DNA from: Octopus sinensis
Taxonomy: Eukaryota
Length of the DNA: 64,000 bases
Direction of reading: 5' to 3'
NCBI RefSeq assembly: GCF_006345805.1
Contig: NC_043011.1
Location: 4,278,001 to 4,342,000, forward strand
Every line of letters starts with the position of its first letter. Position 1 is the stretch's first letter. The notes under the pieces were generated by a model. It saw only the letters and a program-made list of their open reading frames with translations. It was not told the DNA's origin and searched no databases. A program made the translations under genes and the position numbers. Shown here piece by piece: positions 12,664 to 26,513 of the stretch.

Positions 12664-14090
12664 TGTTGCATTATTGTAGTTTGCGTTTTACATGACAGTG
12701 TCATGTGACCCAATCCAGTGGTCGTGCGATGAAGACTAGGCTGCTAGATATGTGATGCATGTGACTGCAGTTTTATTTCATTATTCATTTCAGGCCGGTG
12801 GAAGCAAGGGGATTTGAGTCTATTGTATTATTTTGATAAACACTTTGCTCTGCGATTACTTTAATGTTCTTGAAGAAGCCCTCCTCCTTTCTGGGAAAAT
12901 ATACATTTACAGTCTATTTGGCAATAACAATTTTCTTTAATTGATAATATAACAATGGTGTTAGCAATAGGATATTAGGATTTAGAAAATTAATGCTGTC
13001 TGATCTCGAGATGTTAAGATGCCTGATCTGAAGATGCTTAAGATGTCTATTAGCTAGCCTGTACTAGAACAAAGAAGCTCAAAAGTTCTACTGATAGTAA
13101 AGTAATAACTGATCTCTTCTTATCTAAAGCAAGGACTCAGAATATTAGAAGTGTCTTTGTGATGGAGAAAATGAACTTCTCAGAGACTATAATGTTCTCA
13201 ATGAGACCAAAAGAAGAAGATTATTATTGTTGAAAGGCATATTTTCTGACTCTGAAGCAAAACTCACTGGAGTTAATACAATGATATAATGAAAGATTAT
13301 ATTAATGGTTTAAAAACAATTTTACATTAATCTGATGGTTTTTGGAATGCAACACCCTTGATAGTCAAGGGATTATTGTAAGTTCTGATTCTCAGCCTAC
13401 GTCAGATACTGAGACAGGATCACACAAGCTGACTGATTTGGTTTGAGCTAACCATCAAATCCCAAGTTCTGTTAAAGCTCAGAAAATGACAACAGTGAAT
13501 ACTCCTCTTGGATTCAGGTATCAGATGTATTGCCATACTGTATAAAAACAGTAAGCACTGTATTTCTGTGTGCCATGAAAAATACATTAGATGCCACCAC
13601 TATAATTGTTTTAGATATCACTGTTTAACTAATTTGGTAAAATGAGATTTGCTTTGATGGCTGCACCACTGATGCCCTGGAACACAAAAATTAAAGGCAT
13701 TTTGTAAGAAACTCACCTCCCGTCATTTGGCTACTAGTGACATGTGGAATATCTTTTGTACTGAAGATTTGACCTTTCTAGGATATAATGTCTCCAAACA
13801 GGGTATTCAACCAAAGGATACGTTTGTGAAGAAAATATTGGAAGTAATATTCGTGTCAGTGGCATGTAAATGCACCCACTACACTCTCAGAATGGTTGGT
13901 GATAGGAAGAGCATCCAGCTGTAGAAACTCTGCAAGATCAAATCGGAGTCTGGTGCAGCCATCTGGTTCACCAGACCTCAGTTAAATCGTCCAACCCATG
14001 CTAGCATGGAAAACGGACGTTAAATGATGATGATGATTCCCAGAGAGTAAAAAAGAACTAGAATCACTTTAAGAAATAGCTAATAGACAT
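12664..14090 (+). mobile_element. Heavily decayed Ty3/Gypsy LTR retrotransposon: putative 5' LTR 12664-12954, PBS 12956-12973, RT remnants ~13430-14090
   Basis: TGTTG...TAACA is followed by TGGTGTTAGCAATAGGAT (14/18 match to the tRNA-Leu PBS TGGTGTCAGAAGTGGGAT). Broken frames give HQIP..KMTTVNTPLG, LPYCIKTVSTVF, FCTEDLTFLGYNVSKQGIQPKD and IPESKKELESL, which are Gypsy RT motifs. Confidence 0.7.
13852..14037 (+). mobile_element. RTE-type 3' UTR fragment with (GAT)n tail, inserted into the Gypsy RT
   Basis: GGTTGGTGATAGGAAGAGCATCCAGCTGTAGAAA...CCAACCCATGCTAGCATGGAAAACGGACGTTAAATGATGATG; the Gypsy frame resumes after it. Confidence 0.8.
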
Positions 14091-14479
14091 TGCAACTCTT
14101 GTTGTAACTACAATGTCTTTTACTCATGCCTAGCGTATGAAATTGTGTTGTTGTTAATGTCACCTTCCTCCTTCTACTCTTCCTCCAGCAGTTTGCTGGT
14201 GTCACTTTTCCTGGTGATTTGTGTTTACTGTCTATGTAGGTCTCTCAGACTAAAAACATTAAAGAGAAAATATTTGTATTTGGGAGGAGGTGTCATAAGA
14301 GACCAAAACAACAGCATTAATCTTAAGAAGTGCTCTAGACTAGAGAAATTTTGTTGAAGGGTATTTTCCTAGTCAGAATTGAATGCACTTCTAAATTTGA
14401 ACAATGAACAATAGACAAAGGATTCTAGCAAGTTGCTAATCAAATCATACCAAATCATTTATCAAAAGTAGACAAAATA

Positions 14480-14880
14480 GGTGCAGGAGTGGCTGTGTGG
14501 AAAGTAGCTTGCTAACCAACCACATGGTTCCGGGTTCAGTCCCACTGCGTGGCATCTTGGGCAGGTGTCTTCTGCTATAGCCCCGGGCCGACCAATGCCT
14601 TGTGAGTGGATTTGGTAGATGGAAACTGAAAGAAGCCTGTCGTATATATGTATATATATATATGTGTGTGTGTATGTGTTTGTCTCCTTAGCATTGCTTG
14701 ATAACCGATGCTGGTGTGTTTGCATCCCCGTCACTTAGCGGTTCGGCAAAAGAGACCGATAGAATAAGTACTGGGCTTACAAAGAAAAGTCCCGGGGTCG
14801 ATTTGCCCGACTAAAGGCGATGCTCCAGCATGGCCGCAGTCAAATGACTGAAACAAGTAAAAGAGTAAAAGAGTAAGAGT
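14480..14880 (+). mobile_element. SINE family A
   Basis: Same head, body and tail as 11975-12385. Confidence 0.9.
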
Positions 14881-16499
14881 AATATAGGTGTTAGAAGTTA
14901 CTTAGTGCATACACTGACACAAGCAGTACCTAAGAATAATTAATATAGATTGAAAAAAGAATTGTTACCATTGAGTTTGTGATCAACGAGAATGTAGATT
15001 AAGGAAGCAATGAGATTTTAAGCAATTGATTGCTAAAACAACAATGATGCAAAGAGGTAAGAAAAGATAAGAAGCCAGTTGTAAAGAATTTGAATTATAG
15101 AAAGATAGCTCTATGCTGTATGTAATCAAGATAGGAAGTTGTGTAAGGAGAACTCATTGAATAAATTAGGATATAGAAAAATAGTATTAGTGAAGTAGAA
15201 AAGTAAGGACCAATTGATGGTCTCTGAGAATGGAATCAATGTCTGTTATGAATGGAAGGCAGCCAAACAGTTAATTGATAAGTTTGTTGAACTGGTTTGT
15301 AAGAAACGGTAGTCATAAAAGCAAGTTTAGATGTGATTGAGTAAGATTGTCGAGAAGTTGGTGAAGAGAACTTTTTACCTACACCAAATTAATTAATCGT
15401 TTCCAGGAATATTGGGATTGAGGAGAATTAAACTCTACATGGAAACCAAACAGGAAGCATGTAAAAAATTGTAACTAACCTCATAATGTTGGGAGCTAAA
15501 TTAGATTGAATCAGTTCTTGTATGTTAATAGTGTTTATATCTCAAATTATGGGAGAATAAAAGGCAATGGTGTCTTCTGTCTCCAAGGTGTGAAAGAATT
15601 TAAATTCAGAATAGTGACAATGAACAGAATAGTGGTAATGAACTTTAGAAAGATGGTTGCAGTCGGTAAAATTAACCCTGCCACTAGATTATTAGTTATT
15701 TTATTGAGCCTGGAATATTGGTTTCAAATTTTGATACAGCTATTTCTGAGCAGGGGTTCAAGTTGATTACATTGGCTGCAATACTGCAATACTTTATTAG
15801 TGCTAGAGTTGATGTAATCGACTGAGAAGTTGAAAGGCAAAGTTGACCTTAGCAAAATTTGAACTCGGAGCATAAAAAGATGGACAAAATGCCATGAAGC
15901 ACTATTCCCAGAAGGCTAAGAATTCTGCCTGCTAAAACATTTTGTCCACTCATACTCAAACTATAGAAGGATATAAGTAGATACTGCAATAATGAATATT
16001 ATCATAATTTCAGTAAACATTGAAAGAGCAGTCAAATATAATTAGCTTGCAATCACAGATCCTCCAATAATCACTTTTATTTAATTAACTCATTCTTCCA
16101 GCATTCATTTAGACATTATGAATTCTCTTACTTATTCATGTTTAACATAGTCTTATAAAGCTTTTCTAAATTGACTAACTGAATAGTCTAACAAAATAGT
16201 CTCATGGAATTATCTGTCTAAATACCTTAGCTGCTGAAGTTTGAAGCTGATATAAATTGTGTTGTAATTATGCTTATCATTCATCATAATGATTTCTTAC
16301 TATGGCATTATGTCATAGATTTACAGGTGTGGTATAGTATATGTGATTAAATCAACTAGCTATATAATTGATGAAAACCAGTTTCCTACTGTGACCGCAG
16401 TGGTATTTGAACTTGGAATGTCAAAAGCCAGAACAAGTAACACGAAGAACTTTTCTGAAGCTTTGATTATTTGGCAAGCTTATCACTACCACCACCACC

Positions 16500-17160
16500 A
16501 CCAAAGAGATGGCTAGATGACTACATTGACCCCAGAGTTCAGCTGCTGCTTATTTTATTGATCCCAAAAAGATGAAAAGTATAGTCGACCTCAGCAAAAT
16601 TTAAAGACGGACAAAATGTAAAGACGGACAAAATGCTGCTGAGTATTTTACCCAGCATGCTACCAATTCTTCCAGCTCACCTATCTTAATGATAATATCT
16701 GTAATAATAATCCTTTCTAATATAGGCACAAGGCCTGAAATTTGCATGGAAATGGGTAAGTCAATCACATTGACCTCCCCTTCCCCAGTCCTCAGCTGGT
16801 ACTTATTTTATTGACCCTGAAAGGATGAAAGACAAAGCCGCCCCTGGTAGCATTTGAACTCAGAATGTGATGATGGACAAAATACTGCAAGGCATTTTGC
16901 CCTGCATGCTAACGATTCTGCCAACTCACCACTTTCATGATAATAATAATGGATTTCAAATCTTAGTACAAGACCAGTAATATTGGGGGAGGAGGTGCCA
17001 AACTGGTACTTATTCTATGTACTCCTAAAGGATGAGAGGCAGAATTTAAACTCAGAACATGATGATTGACAAAATGACACTAAGTATTTTGCCTGACATT
17101 CTAATGATTCTACCAGCTCACCGGCTTAAAAAATAATAGTAATGATAATAATAATAATAA

Positions 17161-17221
<61 letters not shown>

Positions 17222-17255
17222 GATAATAATAATAATAATGATAATAATAATAATG

Positions 17256-17308
<53 letters not shown>

Positions 17309-17750
17309 TTTGCCGCAAGGGCAATAATTTTGGGGGAGGGGATGAGTCGATTACATCGACCCTAGTGTTCAAATGGTTACCTATTTTATCAACCCCAGAA
17401 GGATGAAAGACAAAGTTGACCTCAGCAGAATTTGAACTTAGAATGGAATGACGAATGAAATACCACTAAGCATTTCGTCTGCCATGCTAATGATTCTGCC
17501 AGCTTGCTGCCTTAATAATAATAATAATCCTTTTTATTACAGCTGCAAGGGGGTAAGTTGATCACATCAACCCCAGTACATGACTGGTAATTTATCGATC
17601 CCAGAAGGATGAAAGGCAAAGTTGACCCTTGATAGAATTTGAACTCAGAATTTAGTGACAGGCAAAATACCGCTAAGCACTTTGTCCAGCATGCTAACGA
17701 TTCTGCCAGCTCACCACCTTAATACTGCTACTACTAATAATAATAATAAT
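16500..17750 (-). mobile_element. Cluster of ~5 older SINE family B-related copies separated by (TAA)n tracts (longest 17137-17308)
   Basis: Repeated AAGGATGAAAG.CAAAGT.GACCT...TTTGAACTCAGAA...GATTCTGCCAGCTCACC blocks, all in the same orientation. Confidence 0.8.
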
Positions 17751-18105
17751 ACCTTGAGATGGTTTAGGACAGTTTTACATTCTAAATATTTTTGCATTTT
17801 TGTAGCTGAATAAGAGTTCAGTAAACCTTAACATGTTTAGCTTTCATGTTTTTGCTTGTATTTTCTCTCAGTTATGTAATTCCATATGCTTGACTAGTGT
17901 ATATACTTTTGTACCAAGTAATCTTTCACAGATCAATAAAATAAAAATGCAACTATTTATCCATCTGTAACTGCCCGGTTATTTATCTTACCATCTATAA
18001 ATCTGTAAATGTATATCTATCTATATACCAGATTTCTTTGTGTATTGAATTGTGTATCTATTTGTGTATGTGTATATATACATATATCTAATGGTATGCT
18101 TTGAT

Positions 18106-18350
18106 GTGGAGATGTGTGGCTTAGTGGTTAGGGTGTTGCACTTGTGATCATAAGATTGTAATGTCAGTTTCTGGACTTAGCAGTTTTGTGTTCCTGAGCA
18201 AAGCACTTTACTTCATGTAGTTCCAGTCCACTCGGCTAAAATGAGTCACCCTGCAACAGGCTGGCATCCTCATCCAGAGAGATTAATATATATGCTGCAG
18301 AATCCGGGAAATCGACTTCCTTGTGAGCCTATAGTTCAGGAAGGACCTTT
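18106..18350 (+). mobile_element. tRNA-headed SINE family C, degenerate
   Basis: GTGGAGATGTGTGGCTTAGTGGTTAGGGTG head; homologous to 26238-26490. Confidence 0.7.
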
Positions 18351-18359
18351 GATTTTTTA

Positions 18360-18875
18360 TTTTTTTTATTTTTTACGTGGCACCAGCACTTACAAGCCTG
18401 CAAGATTAGGGATATTCAGCTGGAGAGGGTTGCAAGCCTGTATGTGAAGGCAACCACGCTTTTACATAGCTTGTCTTTTCAAGCACAGCAAACCACCAGG
18501 AATCTCGATCCCCTGTCATCCCCTCAGTGAGTTCCAACGTTTCTCACCACTTCGTTACACATCTTTCTGGGTCTACCCCTTACACATGTTCCCTCTACAA
18601 TTAGAAATCAGCACCTTTTGATGCAACTGTCCTCATTCATACACATTACATACTAGTGCAGTCTTTTCTCTTGCACACTACATCTGATGCTATATATACC
18701 CAGCTTTTCTCTCAAATCATTTACACTCTATCATGTATGCACACTGACATTACCCATCCAGTGAAGCATACTGGCTTCATTTTTTTCAGGTCTTCACATA
18801 TCCTCAGTAGTCACAGCCCATGCAGTGTAGTTGTCCGTATACAGGCATCATAAAATCTGCCTTCCATTCCAGATA
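18360..18875 (-). mobile_element. RTE-clade LINE 3' ORF fragment, decayed
   Basis: Minus frame MNEDSCIKRC*FLIVEGTCVRGRPRKMCNEVVR matches the RTE C-terminal GRPRKTW motif. Confidence 0.7.
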
Positions 18876-18910
18876 TTCTCTGTCTTCCATATATATATAT
18901 ATATATATAT

Positions 18911-19255
18911 TCTCTCTTTTACTTGTTTCAGTCATTTGACTGCGGCCATGCTGGAGCAAGTCAACCCCAGGATTTATTCTTTGTAAGCCTAGTACTTATT
19001 CTATCAGTCTCTTTTGCCAAACTGCTAAGTTATGGGGACAAACACAGATACACAAACATATACACACACATACATATATATACACATATATATGACAGGC
19101 TTCTTTCAGTTTCCGTCTACCAAATCCACTCACAAGGCTTTGGTTGGCCTGAGGCTATAGTAGAAGACACTTGCCCAAGATGCCATGTAGTGGGACTGAA
19201 CCCAGAACCATGTGATTGGTAAGCAAGCTACTTATCACACAGCCACTCCTGCGCC
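18911..19255 (-). mobile_element. SINE family A, internally deleted
   Basis: Reverse complement of family A. Confidence 0.85.
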
Positions 19256-19984
19256 TATATACATGTTTGTATATTTATATATATATATAGTAAAACAGGG
19301 GAGCTTAATTAGAGCTAGGCAAGTTAACATTTCAGCACCTCTGTGTATTTTTGACTAAACAGATTATTCTGAAAATACCAAGTAATTCAACTGCTCAGAT
19401 TAGCAGGCAATACTGAGTTGAAACAGTAATTCACTGGTGCTGGGTATTCTGCTAATCCATGTTTGTATCAAAAGAATAAGTGTTACATTTCCTGTAGAGA
19501 AATTTACCGTATACAAGAATAAAAAGAATGGATATTTTATCCTTCCCAGAACATGTTTCAATAGTATATTTATTCAAAATACAGGTACAATTGCATCACA
19601 TGATTGGTTATATTATGTAAGTTTGTATTTTTACAAATTGCCATTTCTTCAAGTGATTCACCAACAAATATTTTAGAGACAATTCTATGAAGAAAGCAGA
19701 GGTTTATAGAAAAAAACTAACAAATGAGAAGAATTCAACAGGGGACGAAGATATTTAAGCCAACAACCAATCAGACTTCTTGTTTCATGGTCAGCCAAGT
19801 TAATGCATGCATTCGTTAAATGGCAGAGAGTGTCTGATATTTTAGTTCCTTATCTAAGCAGAAGTTAACGACTGTGAGGGAATTTTTTTGCCACTATCAA
19901 CAAAGCCAGCAAGTTACCCTAAAACAAGTTTTTCAAAATCTGGAGCTACTGCAAGATATTAGTATATTTAATCTTATGGTTTTA

Positions 19985-20245
19985 TTGTGTCTGGGGAGAG
20001 TCATTTTCTTTTTGTGCCTTATTATGTAACACACTCACCGGTAAAATTTCCACGTTTTTCTTTTTTTTTTATTGTCCTAAAATTTTCGTTGTGTCTTGTA
20101 ACCTTTTCAATAGTTTTGACTCAAAACTATTGAAAAGGTTGCAAGAAAATTTTAGGAAAATAAAAATATGAAAAAAGTGGAAATTTTACCAGTGAGTGTG
20201 TTACATTATAAGGCACAAAAAGAAAATGACTCTCCCCAGACACAA
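19985..20245. mobile_element. Palindromic fold-back MITE
   Basis: TTGTGTCTGGGGAGAGTCATTTTCTTTTTGTGCCTTAT... is mirrored across the centre TTTTGA-C-TCAAAA (20120). Confidence 0.85.
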
Positions 20246-22268
20246 CAGAATATGCTTCAACACACAAACTCATATAAAGAATCTTGCAAAGCAAATTCAA
20301 AAACGAAATAATCTTATGGTAATATACATGAAAGATAATGTTTTTCTTAAATTGATGTGTGGACAAGTGCATGCATGCTAAAGTGTGCCTGCACTATAAA
20401 TCTCTACTTCCCTCATGGAGTTGTCACATGTTGCTAAAATATATGGTGGTGTATGACTTGAAAATATTCAGCAGTGTATCACCTCAAGGTATGGCAGCTT
20501 GAGAAAATAGAAACTTACATAATGTTGTTACCTTTTTCAAGTTATCCAACTATATTCATATTTTGAAGAAATTTGTTATGGAAACGTGTAGTGATAACCT
20601 GAAATATCAATTTGTTTTATTCTTGTTTACTAGATATGTGTTTGTTTGTGTGTGTGTGTGTGTATGTATATGTGTGTGTGTGTGTGTATAAAAATGCACG
20701 CACACACATCCATATGCTGAGCACATAGGTGCAAAAACAAGGTGGAGAATATAGTTTTCAAATGCCAAAGGTAGAATAAAATGTAGTGTTTTTATTAAAG
20801 CTAAAAATTCCTGTAACCAATCACCAGACAGAAGTGAATTTTTCAAACAATACAGTGGTTAACTGTTTATAAAATTTTATGAAACATTTATAGACACAGC
20901 ATAATAATCTGTGATGTTTTTTAGCTCTAAAAAAACAATACATGTGCGCACATATACACAGACTTGTTCGCACATGTACTTGCCTCTCTCTCTCTTTCTC
21001 TCTCTGTATACATGTGTACACACACACACACACACACACACATACACACGCACTCAGGTTAGGAGAAGCAGTGAGAAATGTATCTTAATACTCTGCATGT
21101 ATAGTCTTAGAACAGAATTAAAGTAAAATCGGAATCTCTCAGTGCGTCTCACTGTTCACTGTATTTCTTTTCAATTAAATTGACAAGTGTTATGATGCCA
21201 AAGGGATTTAGACAATGTTAGTACACTGCAATACTTATATTTCTGTCACTGGCAAGAGGAGCTTTACAAATGAGATATGTGAAAGTTTTACATTCAGCCA
21301 CCTTTTTATACAAATGCAATAGAATTTATCTCTTACTCTTGCCAACTTCTTGCATTGTAAACATCAGTAAACTGTTTAGTAGCACTGTATCACTGACTGC
21401 ATATAACCATGTTATATATCTGTTATATTTTTCAATTTTTCTCGGCAAAGATGGAACAAATGGTATTTTAAAAAGATATCTCAGTTATTCGAATTTTATG
21501 AATGCAAAATAAGAAGTAAAAACGATTATGATTTTGACAGAAGAACCGGGAGGTAAACTCTGTGACTTGTGTCCAAAATTTAAATTGGTTCTCTTTGAAA
21601 AATATCATCATATCTCTCTTCACATGAAATCAACTTGCAGAATAACAATCTAGGGCTGAGATTTGTGTGATGCTCAATCATTCTGTCAGATTTAATCTTT
21701 GCGTGCACGAATTGTTGAACCTAGTATGTCATTCCATGAAGACGTCCCTTCAAACATATTTATCAGATTGGGCTTCAAATTATTATTGCTTGGTTTGAAA
21801 ATTGAAAGCAATTGAACAAAGTGCAGTTGCACAAAATACCACTTGGCAAACAAAAATCATGCAAATTGGAACTTACGGAGAAAGGATGGAGTAAGGTTAA
21901 TCACTGGGAAGTCTTTTAACCCAGAAATTGCATGCCATGATTGTGATAAATTATATAAAAGGGATTGGGTGGTAGAAATGATAAATGGGTTATTGTTTGG
22001 CTTGGCAGAGAGGATACAGGTGAAAGATTAATATATAGTTATATTAGCTTGACCACTATTTTCAGCATTTTAACTGGCTATTGGTCAGTAATGGTGGTTT
22101 TCTGGACAGATATTTATCACTTCTGATTCAATGTTTTGTATTGCTTAATAAGAAATATATTTTAAAAGTTTGGAATAATACTATGATATTTCACCTTGAT
22201 GCCACAACATGTCAGTGAACACAATATGTTAAACATACATACACCTACACCTTATTATATATACACCT

Positions 22269-22308
<40 letters not shown>

Positions 22309-23035
22309 CTACTGCACATAAATGTCACACATACATAGATACATGTACACATACATTTTACACATTCATGCCAAAAAGGGAGAGACAGCAGCCAAATTTA
22401 TCTGAAATCATATCTGACAACTTTCATTCAAAAAGAAAATGGTAAAAATCTAATGTTGTCCTTGATGGGCTGCTTACAGATGGAATGTTTTTTGATCATA
22501 AGGGGGCTCAATGGATGTTGATTTCAGAGCTTCACAATAACAACAACAGCAAAGACAACATGCACACACATACACATCCCATTGTTAAACATGTGCACAT
22601 ATGCGACATATTATAAAGATACTCATCAAAAGAGCTAAAGAGGAGACATCTTTGTGGTCACCCACCTTGCTAGAAATAACAACTTAATCATCCTCAAATC
22701 ACATATTATCTGTCTTAAAGATGGGTTGGTCCAACTTAACATGCTTTGATGAATGGTTTGCTTGATCAGGGCTGACATGGGGCTAAGCAATACAAGGCAT
22801 GGCATAAATATTCATCACAAAACTCCTACAAATGTACACTTTACATATACATTTGTATCTCATACATTTAACAAGCATTTAACACGTATACACTTTTACA
22901 CATCAACACATGCATCATTTACACATTCAAACATATACATCTCTCTCAGACATATTTGTTAAGCATTCACATACACACATACACATACACATGCATGCAC
23001 AAATACATAACTTATACATACCTCACACACATATA

Positions 23036-23823
23036 GGCGCAGGAGTGGCTGTGTGGTAAGTAGCTTGATTACCAACCACATGGTTCCAGGTTCAGTCCCA
23101 CTGCGTGGCACCTTGGGCAAGTGTCTTCTACTATAGTCTCGGGCCTTGTGAGTGGATTTGGTAGACGGAAACTGAAAGAAGCCCGTCGTATATATGTATA
23201 TATATGTATGTGTTTGTATGTCTGTGTTTGTCCCCCTAGTATTGCTTGACAACCGATGCTGGTGTGTTTATGTCCCCGTCACTAAGCGGTTCGGCAAAAG
23301 AGACCGATAGAATAAGTACTGGGCTTACAAAGAATAAGTCCCGGATTGAGTTGCTTGATTAAAGGTGGTGCTCCAGCATGGCCGCAGTCAAATGACTGAA
23401 ACAAGTAAAAGAGTAAAGAGTATATACACTAGCATGTGCATACATCACTTACCTTTTATCTTTTACTTGTTTCAATAATTTGACTGTGGACATGCTGGGG
23501 CCTTAAGGGTTTTACTCAAACAAATTGACACCAGGACATATTTTTTTTAGACCTAGTCTTCTATCAGTCTTTTTTTTTTGCCAAATCACTAAGTTACAGA
23601 AATGGAGGACAAAATCAGACACAAACAGGCACACATAGATATAGATACAAACATATGTATATGATGGGCTTCTTTCAGTTTCCATCTACCAAATCCACTC
23701 ACAAGGCTTTGGTTGGCCCAAGACTATAGTAGAAGATATTTACCCAAGTTGCTATTCAGTAGGACTGAACCCAGAACCATGTGGTTGGAAAGCAAGCTTC
23801 TCACCACACAGCCACAGCTGCAC
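23036..23823. mobile_element. Tail-to-tail pair of SINE family A copies (23036-23422 +; ~23455-23823 -, older)
   Basis: Family A sequence on opposite strands about 30 bp apart. Confidence 0.8.
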
Positions 23824-24022
23824 TTATTTCTCACAGAATGTCTAAGTCAACCTGAGGCTACAGCAGACGGCACTTACCTAAAATACCACACAGTGTGATC
23901 AAACCTGAAACCAGTGTGGATGCAGGGCAAACATTTTAACCATGTCCTTCTGTATCAATATTATCATATTCACTCATTTCCTGTAAAATTAACTGGTTTG
24001 CTTTGGCCATTGAGGTAATTAA

Positions 24023-24243
24023 CCCTTTAGCATTTAAACCGACCATATCCGGCCAAAATATTCTCCCCTGTTTTATGTTCAAATTGGCCAGATCTGGTCT
24101 CTCACACCAGCCCTACCATATAATTCTAAAAATGAATAGTTACTTCATCAAAATCTCAAAGCTACAAGATAATGCAGGATTAATTCAAAACAAGGTGAAT
24201 AAATAAGCATTACTTTTGATAGAATAACATGAATACTAAAGGG
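24023..24243 (+). mobile_element. piggyBac-type MITE, family 2
   Basis: TTAA flanks; TIR CCCTTTAG / CTAAAGGG; second copy at 49102-49322. Confidence 0.85.
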
Positions 24244-24644
24244 TTAAGATGAATATAATCCATGGTACAAACCATTTTTCCTAATTACTTGTATGTACAC
24301 CTGGATTAGCAGTAACTTAAATGAAAATTTAACCACAAATTGAGATACTGACAGGACATCAAAGGTGTGTACACAAGAGATGACTATGTTGGTATGAACT
24401 GATGAGGGGTCAGTATGTAGTATTCATTAAGGTGGCGAGCTGGCAGAATCATTAGCAGCATTTCATCCATCCTTTTGTTCTAAGTTCAAATTCTGCCAAG
24501 GTCAGCTTTGCGTTTCATCATTTCGGGGTCAATATAATAAGTACCATTTTGTGCCAAAATTTGAAAAAGGTATGTAGTATACATTAATATAGGGTGGACA
24601 TTTAATTATAGTGACACCTAATTAGACCAGGCTATAGTAGAAGA

Positions 24645-24815
24645 TAGGGAGAGTTTACAAAAAAAGCAAAAGACGAAGACAGGTGGTGTACAAAACAAAC
24701 AGATGTATTAGTATAACGCTCAGGAATAGAAAAAATCTTTTACGTTTAGAGCCTACGCTCTTCTACAGAAAGGGACACAGAAAAAACAAGGAGGGAAAAA
24801 AAAGGAGAGAAAAGA
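24645..24815 (-). mobile_element. PLE pseudo-LTR remnant with variant hammerhead at 24737-24772
   Basis: Minus strand: CTTT-CTGTAGA-a-GAGC gtag GCTC-TAAA-CGTA-AAAG; homologous to ~30950-31110. Confidence 0.65.
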
Positions 24816-26237
24816 AGATACTTGGACACAGTGTTGTACATTTTTTTTAGCTAGTTGCTAGAGATGCCCCAGTGTTAAATATTAGATGTGTTGTGAGCCA
24901 TTACTGAAATGTATGTGAGATTTTTGTGGACCAAGAAACTCTGTAAAATAAGCAACAGACAGTGGGTGATAAGTGCACAAAACAATAGGCAAGGGAGTGG
25001 TTCAAGCCCTGTTCCTCTATCTCAACTGGTACTTTGCAAACTTACACCAAAAGTTGCATCTTCTGCAGTACTGCATATCACCAGGCGACATATTCCTGTG
25101 TCATCTCCTTCATCAGATTTATGCATTTAAACAATATACACAAGCACACACATACATACACATAAATATGTGTTTGTATGCTTGTGTGCATCTGTGTATA
25201 TATGTATATATATATATATATATATAAATAATAAAGGGTGAAATTAATTAATTTAGAAATAATCATTAATTTCACCAAGTAGAGTTCGGCATGTAAAAGC
25301 CCCATTCGAGGAAGGTTTAAGTAATACTAAGTAATTAAGGGTTTAGCAACGATTTACCTCACCACACACTGAATTTAGAAATAGCAGTCAAAAAGTTTTG
25401 GCTATTCTTTCTACTTAAAAGGGAGATCCCAGTAAAACCAAAGCACTTAAAAAGCAAACGACGCAGACAAAAGAGAAAGAAATGACGAAAATCATTCTAT
25501 ATTAAATCACCTACGGACGTACGTTTCGGAATTATATATATACTCATAAATATTTAGGCCTAACACAGTATTTATTAGTTAAATTTGAAGTATTTATGCT
25601 ATAGTTGTTAAATCTTTAGAATGTTAAAACCGATGTGAATTCAGCTTTTTACTTTCTTCGTACACAGAAAAATAAAGGAAAATTGTTGTGACATGTTTCA
25701 CAGTTCATTGACCTCTCATCAGAGGAGAAGTACACCATCATTCTTTTTCCCAAGGAAAGAACTTATAGCCTATAGCTATTTATTCAGAAGACAACCTAGA
25801 ACTTAGCTGCAGTAGCTAAACTAATCTGCATACTGCACAATTGCTGGCGGCATATTTATATAGTTAAATTTATCTATGTACAACACAGCGTGGATTAGAA
25901 AACCTGAAATGTATTCAGAGTTGTTAAACTGCAGTTTTTAAGCGTATCTCTGTGGCACTTTATACAGATGTGAATACAACTGCTTGCTTCTGTTGTAGAT
26001 AGACAAATAAAGCTAGTTTATCCTGACATGTTTCATAGTCTCTGATTTTTTGTCTGTGCAAAGAGAATATTTGTTTACTTTCCAAAGCTTTCCATAGTGA
26101 AGTTGTTACAAACTGTAGTCTAGCTACTTTGATTTTAATACTGATTTCCTAATACATGCTGGTTTTATATAAAAATAGTTAGTAAATAATTCATCATGCC
26201 GTCAGTTAATTATATGTGTGTGTGTGTGTGTGTGTAT

Positions 26238-26490
26238 GTGGAGGCATGTGACTTAGTGGTTAGGGTGTCAGCATCATGATCATAAGATTGTGGTTTCGAT
26301 TCCTGGACTGGGTGTCGCGTTGTATTCTTGAGCAAAACACTTCATTTCACGTTGCTCCAGTCCACTCAGCTGGCAAAAATTAGTAATGCTGCGATGGACT
26401 GGCGTCCTGTCCAGCTGGGGAACATATACACCATTGAAACCGGGAAACCAGGCCCATGAGCCTGGCTAGGCTTTAAAAGGGCGCATTTAT
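26238..26490 (+). mobile_element. tRNA-headed SINE family C
   Basis: A box TGACTTAGTGG, B box GGTTTCGATTCC, CORE-like TTGAGCAAAACACTT, then CTGCGATGGACTGGCGTCCTGTCCAG. Confidence 0.8.
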
Positions 26491-26513
26491 TTTATTTTTA
26501 CATATATATATAT

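Noticed and set aside
14278-14300. Polypurine tract plus TGT as the start of a Gypsy 3' LTR
   Set aside because: The downstream sequence does not match the putative 5' LTR at 12664.
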